A stretch of 64,000 nucleotides of DNA from an uncultured Verrucomicrobiae bacterium (lineage in GTDB: Bacteria > Verrucomicrobiota > Verrucomicrobiia > Palsa-1439): contig CAWEWF010000014.1 of the NCBI GenBank assembly GCA_963812605.1, forward strand, positions 448,001 through 512,000. The letters are read 5' to 3'. The notes under the pieces are model-generated. The model did no database searches and was not told the DNA's origin. It was given only the letters and a program-made list of their open reading frames with translations. Shown piece by piece: positions 38,912-48,362 of this stretch. The position numbers and the translations under genes were made by a program. The stretch's first letter is position 1; the number at the start of each line of letters is the position of its first letter.

Positions 38912-39583
38912 TCAAACTGTTTTGTATTCTGTCGCCCGCAGGTAAATCGGCTCCAACTCTTCGTCGCCGCGATTTCCCCGATCACGATACTGGTGGTACG
39001 CCAGCCAGCCCACGGCCGCCGCGCTCGGAAAAACCGGCGTCTCGCAAATCGACGCGAACCCGCCAAACAACGCGGTTATCTCGTCCTTGTATCGCCCGAT
39101 TTCGGAACTGACAAACCAAATCGGATGATGAATCTCATCGGCGACAGACTCGAGCGTGGCGATCTGGCATTTCTTCACGCAACGGCCTTGTTGATCGTAT
39201 AACGCAAAATAGATTTCATCCCGCCGCGCGTCGCACAAGACGCAGAGTTGTGGACAATCCCGCGGCATCTGCGGCAGCGCGGTCAGCGCCAGCGCGTCGA
39301 AACTGCTCGCGCCTTTGATCGGCAGTTTGCGGGGAAGGGCCATTCCCTTGGCGGCGGCGATGCCCACGCGGATGCCCGTGAACGAGCCGGGCCCGAGTCC
39401 CACCGCGAGCAAGCCCAGATCGTCCACCACGAGTTGGTTGGCCGCAAGAAGGTGCGCGGCCATGTCGAATAGGTTCTGCCCCGGCTGAGAGCGGTCGAAG
39501 GTTCCTTCCGCCAGCGGTTTGTCATCGCGCAAGAGCGCGACCGCGCCGCGCGGTGTCGATGTATCGATGGCGAGAGTAATCAT
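38912..39583 (-). CDS. tsaB: t6A biosynthesis protein TsaB
   Basis: LAIDTST, GLGPGSFTGIRVG, DARRDEIY, EPIYLR. Confidence 0.95.
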   Translation of the reverse strand: MITLAIDTSTPRGAVALLRDDKPLAEGTFDRSQPGQNLFDMAAHLLAANQLVVDDLGLLAVGLGPGSFTGIRVGIAAAKGMALPRKLPIKGASSFDALALTALPQMPRDCPQLCVLCDARRDEIYFALYDQQGRCVKKCQIATLESVADEIHHPIWFVSSEIGRYKDEITALFGGFASICETPVFPSAAAVGWLAYHQYRDRGNRGDEELEPIYLRATEYKTV

Positions 39584-40002
39584 GTGACTTCGATGCGCCG
39601 CGTGTTTTCATCAATTGATTCAAGCCGAATCCGTACCGTGTGCGGCGGCAATAGTGACGCAATCCGCTCCGGCCACTCGATCACAGTCACGCCGGAGCCG
39701 TCCAGGTAATCTTCGATGCCAATCGCCAGCGCTTGCGACACGCTGTCGAGCCGATAGAGATCGATGTGGTAAAGCGCCAGCCGCCCGCCGCCGTATTCAT
39801 GGATCAGCGTGAACGTGGGACTGGTGACCTCCACGGTAATGCCGAGTCCGTGCGCGATGCCCTTCACGAGCGCGGTTTTTCCGGCGCCGAGTTCGCCGGA
39901 GAGAGCGACAACGTCGCCGGGTTGGAGTCCCAAGGCCAGCCGCCCGCCGAACTCCAGTGTTTCCGCGACGCTACGCGTCTCAACGTGTTGCGAAGTGATC
40001 AT
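39580..40002 (-). CDS. tsaE: t6A biosynthesis ATPase TsaE
   Basis: GELGAGKT, VTSPTFTL, HIDLYRL, IEWPE. Confidence 0.95.
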   Translation of the reverse strand: MITSQHVETRSVAETLEFGGRLALGLQPGDVVALSGELGAGKTALVKGIAHGLGITVEVTSPTFTLIHEYGGGRLALYHIDLYRLDSVSQALAIGIEDYLDGSGVTVIEWPERIASLLPPHTVRIRLESIDENTRRIEVT

Positions 40003-40939
40003 AACCTGCCGGCACAAGGAGCTTCCGTGATCCATCGGACGCGATGAGGGTGACCTTTCGTCGCGAACGAACCACGCGACCAATCTCCGTCAGTTTCAGC
40101 GCAAATTTCCGCGCCCATTTCTGACGCAGGGCCGTAACATGGCGCGGGTCGATGGTAAAGAGCAATTCGAAATCTTCGCCGTCATCAAGGGCCGCACGAA
40201 GGTTTCCACGGGCGGCGCGGGCGATGGGAATTTCCGCGGCGTGGATTTCAAAGCCGGTCCCGGGCCGGCTCGCTTCCACCAGCCGCTGCAGGTCGCTGGA
40301 CAACCCGTCGCTGAGGTCCATCATCGCGTGCACGGGAAAATTGCTGACCAGCCACCGCGCTTCCTTGAGGCGCGGTGTAAACGTGAGGTGCTTGCCGCGC
40401 CGCGAGCCGCCGAGTGTGCCGGTCACCAACACCGAGTCCCCGATTTTTGCGTCGCCACGCAACGTCATTCGCGAACGTTCCACTTCGCCGATGAGCGCAA
40501 CCACCACGAACTGTTCGTGCTTCACGTGCGTCGTGTCTCCGCCGACAATTTGGCAGCCAAACTTTCGGGCGGCCGCGCGCAGTCCCGCATACAGCTCTTT
40601 CACCCAACGCGCGCCTGTCTTACGCCGCAAGCCGATACTCACCACGGCCCAACGCGGCACCCCGCCCATGGCTGCGATATCACTGAGATTGCGGGCCATC
40701 GCCTTCCAGCCGACCCGGCGCGGCGGATCGGTTTGTCGATAGTGGACGCCTTCCACCACCGGGTCACAGGTGTACAGCAAATGCCTGTCGGGATTGTCGC
40801 CGCGCAGCACGGCACAGTCGTCGCCAATGCCGAGGACCACGGAACCCCGTGCCGGACCGATGACGCCCTGGAGTTCGCGAATCAAACCGAATTCGCCAAG
40901 ATCGTGAACTGTGGCGCGGTTTTTCCGGAGGGGTTTCAT
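39980..40939 (-). CDS. thiL: Thiamine-monophosphate kinase
   Basis: GEFGLI, GIGDDCA, NLSDIAAMGG, GGDT, DLSDGL, GEDFELLFT, GYDHF. Confidence 0.95.
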   Translation of the reverse strand: MKPLRKNRATVHDLGEFGLIRELQGVIGPARGSVVLGIGDDCAVLRGDNPDRHLLYTCDPVVEGVHYRQTDPPRRVGWKAMARNLSDIAAMGGVPRWAVVSIGLRRKTGARWVKELYAGLRAAARKFGCQIVGGDTTHVKHEQFVVVALIGEVERSRMTLRGDAKIGDSVLVTGTLGGSRRGKHLTFTPRLKEARWLVSNFPVHAMMDLSDGLSSDLQRLVEASRPGTGFEIHAAEIPIARAARGNLRAALDDGEDFELLFTIDPRHVTALRQKWARKFALKLTEIGRVVRSRRKVTLIASDGSRKLLVPAGYDHFATR

Positions 40940-41880
40940 GATTGCGAGCGGATGTACAGGAGCATCCCCACGTTGACGGCGTTAAACAGCGCGTGCACGG
41001 TAATGGGGGCGAGTAGGGAACCCGTGTATTCGTAAGACAATCCGAGCCCGATCGCCAGGGCAAAGAGCGGCCCCAAAGAAGGCACATGCAGATGAATCGC
41101 CGCGAATGCCGCGGAGACGATCACCAGCGCCCAGCACGTGCCCCAGCGCTGCTTGAGGGCCGGGTAGGCGAAACCGCGAAAGAAAAATTCCTCAAACACC
41201 GGCGCAACGGCGACGGCGAAGGCGACGATGATGACGACCACGAAGGTGGAATCGGAAGTGGCCAGCAGGTCGGCAACGTCTTGCGGCGTGTCCTTGATGC
41301 CAAAGACGTGGCAAATTTTTGCGCTGACAGGAAAAACAACGGCAAGTGGAGGCAGCATTGCCAAAAAAAAGATTCCGCCGAACGCCACGGCGCGCAGCGT
41401 CAAGTTGCGCCGCAGGCCGACCGCCAGCCGCCAATCGATGCCGCGCCGGCGGAAAAATGCAACGAAGCCGAAAAGAAATACGATCCGCAACAGCATTTCA
41501 AGCAAGAGGAGCCAGGGAAGGGCGGTCTCCTGTTCCACATGCGCGAGCTTGAACGCCCCCGCGACCGCCCCTTCGGCTACCACCCATGTGATTATCAATG
41601 CCCCGATCGCGAACAATAGGTCATCCACGCTCCAGGGCTTTGCTTCGATCTTGAGCAGAGACGGTTGCTCCGCTGGCTCGCGAATCGCCAGGGTACGCGC
41701 GAAGCGGACGAACAGGTAGATGTCGCAAATCAGCCCCAAAGAAAGCAATACCGCACCCGCGGTGACAATGGCCGGATAACGCCCCAGCAACTCCGCATCC
41801 GAGAGGCCGCCCGAGCCCATCGCCGACGCGAGGAGGGCCAGGGATTGCGGGAAAGGGAAAAAATTGAGTGGATGAAACAT
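40936..41880 (-). CDS. CPBP (CAAX/Abi) intramembrane metalloprotease
   Basis: APVFEEFFFRG, FAAIH, HALFN; multiple TM helices. Confidence 0.9.
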   Translation of the reverse strand: MFHPLNFFPFPQSLALLASAMGSGGLSDAELLGRYPAIVTAGAVLLSLGLICDIYLFVRFARTLAIREPAEQPSLLKIEAKPWSVDDLLFAIGALIITWVVAEGAVAGAFKLAHVEQETALPWLLLLEMLLRIVFLFGFVAFFRRRGIDWRLAVGLRRNLTLRAVAFGGIFFLAMLPPLAVVFPVSAKICHVFGIKDTPQDVADLLATSDSTFVVVIIVAFAVAVAPVFEEFFFRGFAYPALKQRWGTCWALVIVSAAFAAIHLHVPSLGPLFALAIGLGLSYEYTGSLLAPITVHALFNAVNVGMLLYIRSQS

Positions 41881-42043
41881 GTTTGCTGTCAAAAATCTCG
41901 ATAAATCTTCAACCGGAGCCCCGTCAAATGCAACTTCTTTCAAGGAAACGAGCTTGCAGAGTTACGCTTGTCAGAAGAGGCGTGCCCGCGTAAGATGGCC
42001 CCAGCAGCTTGAGTCAACGAAAAACGGAGAGATTGAAATCACC

Positions 42044-43093
42044 ATGAAGCGAGAATTCCTGGCAGTAGTATTGATGGCAGTAGCGGTAGTCGGCAGCGCG
42101 CGCGCGGCGGATACAAATGCGCCGGCAGAAGCGGCGAAACCACCCGCCGGACCGCCGCCAAAACTTCAATTCGACAAGACCGTTTATGACTTCGGCCCGA
42201 CCGGATTGGTCGATTCCGTCACGGGGACTTTCACTTTCCAGAATACAGGCGCGGGAGAACTGAAGATCGACAAGCCGCAGCCGTCCTGCGGGTGCACGGT
42301 CGCGAGTGTGAAGCCGGACACCCTCAAGCCCGGGGAAAAGGGCGAGTTGGTTTTCACGGTCCGGGTCGCCGGCCAGCGGGGCCATCTTGAGAAACACATC
42401 ACGGTACCGTCCAATGACCCCCTGGCGGGGAAGGTGAGCCTCTCCATCAAGATCGAGATTAGGCAGATTATCGATGTGTCACCTCAAAGTATCCAGTTGG
42501 GCAATGTTCGGCAGGGGACGAGCACGAACGTGTCGGTGCTGGTGCGCCGGACCGACGGCAATAAACTGGCGATCAGCAAAGCCGAGCCGAGCAACAAAAT
42601 GTTGACCACCCGGATCGAACCGGTCGAAGGCACGAACGCCGATTCGGCGAACATCATCATTGGCGTCTCCAGTGAGGGAACGCCGCGACAATTTAGCGAG
42701 AACGTAAAGGTGTCCATCGAGGGCGTCGCCCAGCCCGTGGCGGTGGTCACCCTCAACGGGCGGCTCTTGGGGGATGTACTCGTGGATCCCCCCATCCTGT
42801 ACTGGCCGATCACGGATACCTCGGCCACGAATTCCGAGGCACTGCCGGCGCGGGAGATCAAGCTCTCGGCCACCCGTCCCGATCTGACGTTGGAAATCAA
42901 AAACCTGGCGACCAACATCAAGGAATTGAGTCTTGATCTGGTCACAAAAGATGCCGGGAAGTCCTACGTGATTGTTGCCAAGTTCTCGCAGGTGCCGAAG
43001 CAATCGGCGCAGGGCACGATCACTTTTGAGACGAACACCACGACCCAACCGAAGGTCACCATCCCCGTAACGCTTACCGTTCTGAAAAGGTAA
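42044..43093 (+). CDS. Secreted DUF1573 Ig-like domain protein
   Basis: Signal peptide, YDFG, FTFQNTG..L.I, SCGCT, LKPGE, ITVPSNDP. Confidence 0.85.
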   Translation: MKREFLAVVLMAVAVVGSARAADTNAPAEAAKPPAGPPPKLQFDKTVYDFGPTGLVDSVTGTFTFQNTGAGELKIDKPQPSCGCTVASVKPDTLKPGEKGELVFTVRVAGQRGHLEKHITVPSNDPLAGKVSLSIKIEIRQIIDVSPQSIQLGNVRQGTSTNVSVLVRRTDGNKLAISKAEPSNKMLTTRIEPVEGTNADSANIIIGVSSEGTPRQFSENVKVSIEGVAQPVAVVTLNGRLLGDVLVDPPILYWPITDTSATNSEALPAREIKLSATRPDLTLEIKNLATNIKELSLDLVTKDAGKSYVIVAKFSQVPKQSAQGTITFETNTTTQPKVTIPVTLTVLKR

Positions 43094-43103
43094 CCGGGCG
43101 GGC

Positions 43104-43568
43104 ATGTGGCGCACTTTCCAGCGGGCGCTGGCGATCGTGGCCGCGGGCGCCGCGCTGGGTCTGGGAGCGAACGCGGTTTCCGCGCGACGCATCCCGTTGC
43201 TTACGCCACCGCCCGAGCCACCGAAGGCCCAGGACACGGTGGCGCTTCCGGAGGCCGAGGAATTGTGGAAGAGCGGGACAGGTTTCTTTTTCGACGCCCG
43301 CTCGCCAGCCGACTATGCCGCCGGGCACATCGCCGGCGCCCTCAGCCTGCCGGTGGAGGAGTTTGACGATCGTTTCCCGAAACTGGCCCCGATGTTGATG
43401 CCCGACGTGCCGATCGTCACATATTGCGATGGTAAAGAGTGCGAGTTAAGCGAGCGTTTGATGGTTCGACTCCGCGACCTTGGCTATCACAATGTGCGCC
43501 ATCTGGTCAACGGCTGGACCGAGTGGCACACGGCGGGGCTGCTTACTCATACGGGAGATCAGCCGTGA
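43104..43568 (+). CDS. Membrane-anchored rhodanese-domain protein
   Basis: FDARSPADYAAGHIAGA, YCDGKECELS, GWTEW. Confidence 0.88.
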   Translation: MWRTFQRALAIVAAGAALGLGANAVSARRIPLLTPPPEPPKAQDTVALPEAEELWKSGTGFFFDARSPADYAAGHIAGALSLPVEEFDDRFPKLAPMLMPDVPIVTYCDGKECELSERLMVRLRDLGYHNVRHLVNGWTEWHTAGLLTHTGDQP

Positions 43569-44047
43569 AGTGGATCAATCTGATCCTGCGGCTTGTTCTT
43601 GGCGGAATTTTTCTGGCTTCGGCGATTGCCAAAATCTGGAACGTCCAGGTTAGCCCTGCTCACGGGATGCAGTTTTCGCATGTCCCCGACCTGGCGACCT
43701 TCGCCCAGGATGTGACCAATTACCATGTGCCACCGCGTTCCCTTGCCAACTTCGTTGCCATCACCTTGCCATGGATCGAACTGCTTGCCGGCGGGCTGCT
43801 GGTCTGCGGGATCTGGAAACGCGCGAGTGCGCTCGTGATTACGACGCTGATGATTGTGTTTTTGGCCGCCATCAGTTGGGCGCTGGTTCATGGATACGAC
43901 ATTCGTTGCGGCTGCTTCGGCACCGTCGATGCGCGAAAGGTGGGCGTCACGGCGCTGGCGCAGGACGCCGTATTGCTGGGCATGGCCGTCTGGCTGGCAT
44001 GGCGTTTGGAAGATGAACCGCAACAAGCAACGGAGATTATTCCATGA
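43565..44047 (+). CDS. MauE/DoxX family membrane protein
   Basis: LRLVLGGIFLASAIAKI, LPWIEL, DIRCGCFG; GTG start overlaps the upstream stop. Confidence 0.88.
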   Translation: MKWINLILRLVLGGIFLASAIAKIWNVQVSPAHGMQFSHVPDLATFAQDVTNYHVPPRSLANFVAITLPWIELLAGGLLVCGIWKRASALVITTLMIVFLAAISWALVHGYDIRCGCFGTVDARKVGVTALAQDAVLLGMAVWLAWRLEDEPQQATEIIP

Positions 44048-44424
44048 AGCGACAGATCGTAGCGACGGACGCGGCGCCGAAAGCGGTCGGACCATATTCA
44101 CAAGCCGTTTGGGCGGGGGACTTGTTGTTTTGCGCGGGCCAAATCCCGCTCGAACCGGCAACCGGGAACATTGTCCCCGGTGGAATCACCGAACAAGCGA
44201 CCCGCGTTCTCGAGAACATTCGCGGCCTGCTGAAATCGCAAGGCCTGGATTTTGAGAACGTGGTGAAATCGACCGTCTTCCTCAGCGACATGAACAATTT
44301 TGGGGCCATGAACGAAGTATACGCCGGGTTTTTTACCAGGGAGCCGCCCGCCCGATCCACCATTCAGGTCGCCCGCCTGCCAAAAGACGCGCTGGTGGAA
44401 ATTGAAGTCGTGGCGGCCAGATAG
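44044..44424 (+). CDS. ridA: RidA family enamine/imine deaminase
   Basis: APKAVGPYSQA, GQIP, VVKSTVFL, MNEVY, PPARS, LPKDALVEIE. Confidence 0.93.
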   Translation: MKRQIVATDAAPKAVGPYSQAVWAGDLLFCAGQIPLEPATGNIVPGGITEQATRVLENIRGLLKSQGLDFENVVKSTVFLSDMNNFGAMNEVYAGFFTREPPARSTIQVARLPKDALVEIEVVAAR

Positions 44425-44861
44425 GCCCGCAAAAACGTTCGGGGAAGGCTCAGGGGCAGTGGGCGGTGTAGATTTTGGCGAGACGATACTCGAAGTACGC
44501 TTTGCGCTTGTTGGGCGCGGCTTGGAAGGTGGGGTTGGTCGCCAGCAACCAACAGAATTCAACCCATTCGACCAATCTGGACGGACAAGGTCTTGTCTTG
44601 TTCATTCGGCTCATCAGTAGCAGGGTTCGTGCGCAGTTCTGAAGGACCGCGAAATCAGGGATGTTCGGGCATTTTTCGTCTGGCAAACTGACGATGGCGA
44701 ACGACACACCGGCAAGTTTGCGACTCCCAATCGCACCGATGCAAATCGCGCGGTTTCCGCGCTCGGTAACAAGAAGCCTTTCGCCTTGCTGGTGAGTTGG
44801 ACGGTATGCTAGCGTTCGCCCGCTTTTATGAGGAGAGGGGGGAAATTGCTGCTGGTCGGTC

Positions 44862-47045
44862 GTGGCACTCCTGTCGTTAACGGCAGGCGCGCGCGCCGAT
44901 GATTCGGCGACGGCTGCGCCCGCCGAAAGTCTGGGCCCGCCTTCGACCATCGACGCGGAAACCATGACGTTCGACAAGGACTCGAAGACCTATGTTGCTG
45001 ACGGCCATGTTGTGATCCACGACAAAGACGCCACCCTCCAGGCCGACCACGTGAAGTTTAACACGGAAACAAAGGACGCGTGGGCAAACGGGCATGTGCG
45101 GCTCAATCGAGCGGCCCAGGAATGGGTTGCGCCGTCGCTTTACTACAACTTCGATACGCGCGCCGTGAAGGCTTCGCAAGCCGATGGCTTTGTCGATCCG
45201 GTCTATGTGCGGACGGAGAATCTCGAGCAGGCGAATACCAATCACTATGTCTTCACCCACGGTTCGGCCACGACCTGTGATTATGACAAACCGGATTACC
45301 GCTTCGTAGCGACCCACGGGGAGATTTGGCCGGGCTCGCGCGTGGTGCTCTACAATGTCACGTTGCGACTCGGAAACACGCCGGTTTGCTGGTTCCCGAT
45401 TGTCGTTTTTTCGCTGAATGGCGGCCAGCCTCCCATTGTCGTCTCGGTCGGGGATAATACGCTGTCGGGATTCTTCCTCTTGTCGGCTTACACCTGGAAG
45501 CCGACCAAGGACCTCGAAGTGACCGTCCACGCGGACGAGCGGACGCGGCGCGGCTTTGGCACCGGCGCGGACATGCGGTACCAGATGGGCCCGGAGGGAC
45601 AGGGATTGTTGACGGGTTATTACTTGAACGACGCCGAGCCGAAAGACAATTCGTTCGGGGAGAGCAGCGTCAACCATAATCGCTACCGCGGCGAGTGGCA
45701 GCACAAGCAGTACCTGACCAATGACGTTACCGTCACAGTCGATCTCAACAAGTTGAGCGATTCCGATGTGATCAAGGACTTTTTTCCGGACGAGTTCCGC
45801 CAGAACCGCGAGCCGGACTCGGTGGCCGATGTCACCAAGCGCGGGCCGGACTATACGCTGTCGCTGCTGACGACCCCGCAATTCAACGAGTTCTTTGCCG
45901 GGGTCGAGCGCCTGCCCGAAACGAAGTTGGCTGTGGATCGGACCCGGCTGGGCAGCACGCCGTTCTTTTATGAAGGGGAGAGCAGCGTTGGCCAGTACCA
46001 TAATGTACCGGGGAACACCAATGTGACAGGCAGCGTGGCGAACACAAATTTTGTTGGGAACGCCGTGCGCGCCGATACCTTTCACCAAATCGTCATGCCG
46101 GAGATGCTGGGAGGCTGGCTTTCTGTGATCCCGCGGGCGGGAATACGCGGGGACTACTACTCGCGGACGACCGAGGACGATCCCACGCAGGACGGGGTAA
46201 CGCGTGTCGTCTATGATCTTGGCACGGAAGCTTCTTTTAAGGTCTCCCGGGAATGGGACGATGCGCACAACGACTGGTTTCGCGTGGATGGCCTGCGGCA
46301 TATTTTGCAGCCGTTTGTGGACTACCAGTGGGTGCCGCGACCCAACCAGGCGACCAATGATCTTTTCCAATTTGATTCCGTGCGCGACGTGACCCTGCGG
46401 GGTGGCGACTCGCTGTCGGTGACGCGCTATTCGCCGCTGGAGTTCCCGGCGTACAACACGATCGACTCGATTACCGGGGAAAACACACTGCGCTTTGGGT
46501 TACGCCAAACGTTGCAGACACGGCGTGACGGCCAGGCCTGGAACCTGGTCGACGTCACCGGTTGGACGGACTGGGAGATCGAAAGGGTCAAAGGACAGGC
46601 TGACTTTTCGGATTTTTTCGGGACGATGGAGCTGCGGCCGTGGCGCTGGCTGTCGTTGGACACGTTTGCGCGTTACGATATGAATGCCGGCGTGCTGCGG
46701 GAGTTCAATACCGAGATGCGCATCATCGATACCGGCCGCTGGATTTTTGGCGTGGGGACACGATATTTGAAGGATGACAGCAACCTCGTCACCGGTGATC
46801 TCGCGTATCGGTTGACCCGGCGCTGGAGCGCGCATATTTACGAGCGTTATGACATGGAAGACGGCACGTGGGAAGAGCAGGAATATACCTTGCGACAGGA
46901 AACGCATGACTGGTTCATTGATTACGGTTTCCGTTACCTGGGGCGGCACCAAGAGACGGGCATGCCTACGCAAAAAAATGAAATGACATTGTTCTTCAGC
47001 GTGACACTCAAGGCGTTCCCGAACAATATCCTGAGAGTGAACTAA
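44862..47045 (+). CDS. lptD: LPS-assembly protein LptD (true start may be ATG 44828 with an indel)
   Basis: OstA-like N-terminus (IDAETMTF, ADGHV), TTCD motif, beta-barrel C-terminus ending FFSVTLKAFP. Confidence 0.85.
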   Translation: MALLSLTAGARADDSATAAPAESLGPPSTIDAETMTFDKDSKTYVADGHVVIHDKDATLQADHVKFNTETKDAWANGHVRLNRAAQEWVAPSLYYNFDTRAVKASQADGFVDPVYVRTENLEQANTNHYVFTHGSATTCDYDKPDYRFVATHGEIWPGSRVVLYNVTLRLGNTPVCWFPIVVFSLNGGQPPIVVSVGDNTLSGFFLLSAYTWKPTKDLEVTVHADERTRRGFGTGADMRYQMGPEGQGLLTGYYLNDAEPKDNSFGESSVNHNRYRGEWQHKQYLTNDVTVTVDLNKLSDSDVIKDFFPDEFRQNREPDSVADVTKRGPDYTLSLLTTPQFNEFFAGVERLPETKLAVDRTRLGSTPFFYEGESSVGQYHNVPGNTNVTGSVANTNFVGNAVRADTFHQIVMPEMLGGWLSVIPRAGIRGDYYSRTTEDDPTQDGVTRVVYDLGTEASFKVSREWDDAHNDWFRVDGLRHILQPFVDYQWVPRPNQATNDLFQFDSVRDVTLRGGDSLSVTRYSPLEFPAYNTIDSITGENTLRFGLRQTLQTRRDGQAWNLVDVTGWTDWEIERVKGQADFSDFFGTMELRPWRWLSLDTFARYDMNAGVLREFNTEMRIIDTGRWIFGVGTRYLKDDSNLVTGDLAYRLTRRWSAHIYERYDMEDGTWEEQEYTLRQETHDWFIDYGFRYLGRHQETGMPTQKNEMTLFFSVTLKAFPNNILRVN

Positions 47046-47068
47046 GCGGATGAGGGAGTGAGAAATTT

Positions 47069-48361
47069 ATGGTTAAGATAAGCATTGTTGGAACCGGCTA
47101 CGTCGGCCTCGTGACGGGCGCCTGCTTCGCCGAGGTCGGACACCAGGTGATCTGTGTCGATAACGACCTGAAAAAGGTGGAAACGCTGCAAGCCGGCGGG
47201 ATCCCGATTTACGAGCCGGGCCTCGAAGAGATGGTGAAACGCAACGTCACCAACGGTCGGCTGCGCTTCACGGGACAGATCGCCGATGGCGTGAACAATT
47301 CCGAGGTGATCTTCATCGCCGTGCCCACCCCGCCCAAGCCCAATGGTGACGTGGACATGAGTTTCGTCGAGCGGGTGGCGCGCGAAATCGCGGCGACCAT
47401 GACGGAATACAAGATCATCGTGGATAAATCCACAGTGCCCGTCAAGACCGGCGAAAAAGTCGCGGAGACCATCAAGCGCTACAACAAACACAAGGTCGAT
47501 TTCGACGTGATCAGCAACCCCGAGTTCCTGCGCGAGGGCTGCGCCGTGCAGGACCTGATGCAGCCGGACCGGGTGGTGATCGGTGTGGGCGGCCCGCGAC
47601 CGGTGGCGAAGATGAAGGACGTGTACACGCCGTTCAACGCGCCGATCATCGTGACTGACATCAACAGCGCGGAACTGATCAAGCATGCCTGCAACTCTTT
47701 CCTCGCGCTGAAGATTTCCTATACCAACGCGCTCTCCGTCATCTGCGAAGCCAGCGGCGCCAACATTTCGGACGTCGTTCACGGCATGGGCCTGGACAAA
47801 CGCATCGGACGCGCGTTTCTCAACGCCGGCCTCGGCTACGGCGGTTCCTGTTTCCCGAAGGACCTCAGCGCCTTTGTCCATATCGCCGAGGCGCTGGGCT
47901 ATGAATTTCGGCTGCTCAAGGAAGTCCAGCAGATCAATTCCAGCCAGATCGAACGCTTTCTCAAGAAAGTCCATGACACCTTGTGGATCGTGAAGGATAA
48001 AACCATCGGTGTGCTGGGGCTGGCGTTCAAGCCGAACACGGACGATATGCGCCTGGCGCCGTCGCTGGAAGTCATCCGCCCGCTGCAGAAGGAAGGCGCA
48101 AAGATTCGCGCTTATGACCCGAAGGCGATGGAAAAGGCGCGCGAGGTCCTGCCTGGTGTCGAATTCTGTGACGATCCGTACGGTGTCGCGACCGGAGCGG
48201 ACGCGCTCATCATTTGCACGGAGTGGGATGAATTCCGCCAGCTCGACCTCGACAAGCTGCGCTCGGTGATGAACCATCCGATCGTGCTCGATGGCCGCAA
48301 CTTGTACGATCCGCAAAAGATGACCGAGCTGGGTTTCGTGTACAAGAGCATCGGCAGGTGA
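47069..48361 (+). CDS. ugd: UDP-glucose 6-dehydrogenase
   Basis: GTGYVG, KSTVP, NPEFLREG, GYGGSCFPKD, GLAFKPNTDDMR. Confidence 0.95.
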   Translation: MVKISIVGTGYVGLVTGACFAEVGHQVICVDNDLKKVETLQAGGIPIYEPGLEEMVKRNVTNGRLRFTGQIADGVNNSEVIFIAVPTPPKPNGDVDMSFVERVAREIAATMTEYKIIVDKSTVPVKTGEKVAETIKRYNKHKVDFDVISNPEFLREGCAVQDLMQPDRVVIGVGGPRPVAKMKDVYTPFNAPIIVTDINSAELIKHACNSFLALKISYTNALSVICEASGANISDVVHGMGLDKRIGRAFLNAGLGYGGSCFPKDLSAFVHIAEALGYEFRLLKEVQQINSSQIERFLKKVHDTLWIVKDKTIGVLGLAFKPNTDDMRLAPSLEVIRPLQKEGAKIRAYDPKAMEKAREVLPGVEFCDDPYGVATGADALIICTEWDEFRQLDLDKLRSVMNHPIVLDGRNLYDPQKMTELGFVYKSIGR

Positions 48362-48362
48362 G

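Noticed and set aside
44450-44614. Small minus-strand ORF (MSRMNKTRPC...) between ridA and lptD
   Set aside because: No motif or RBS support; could be chance.
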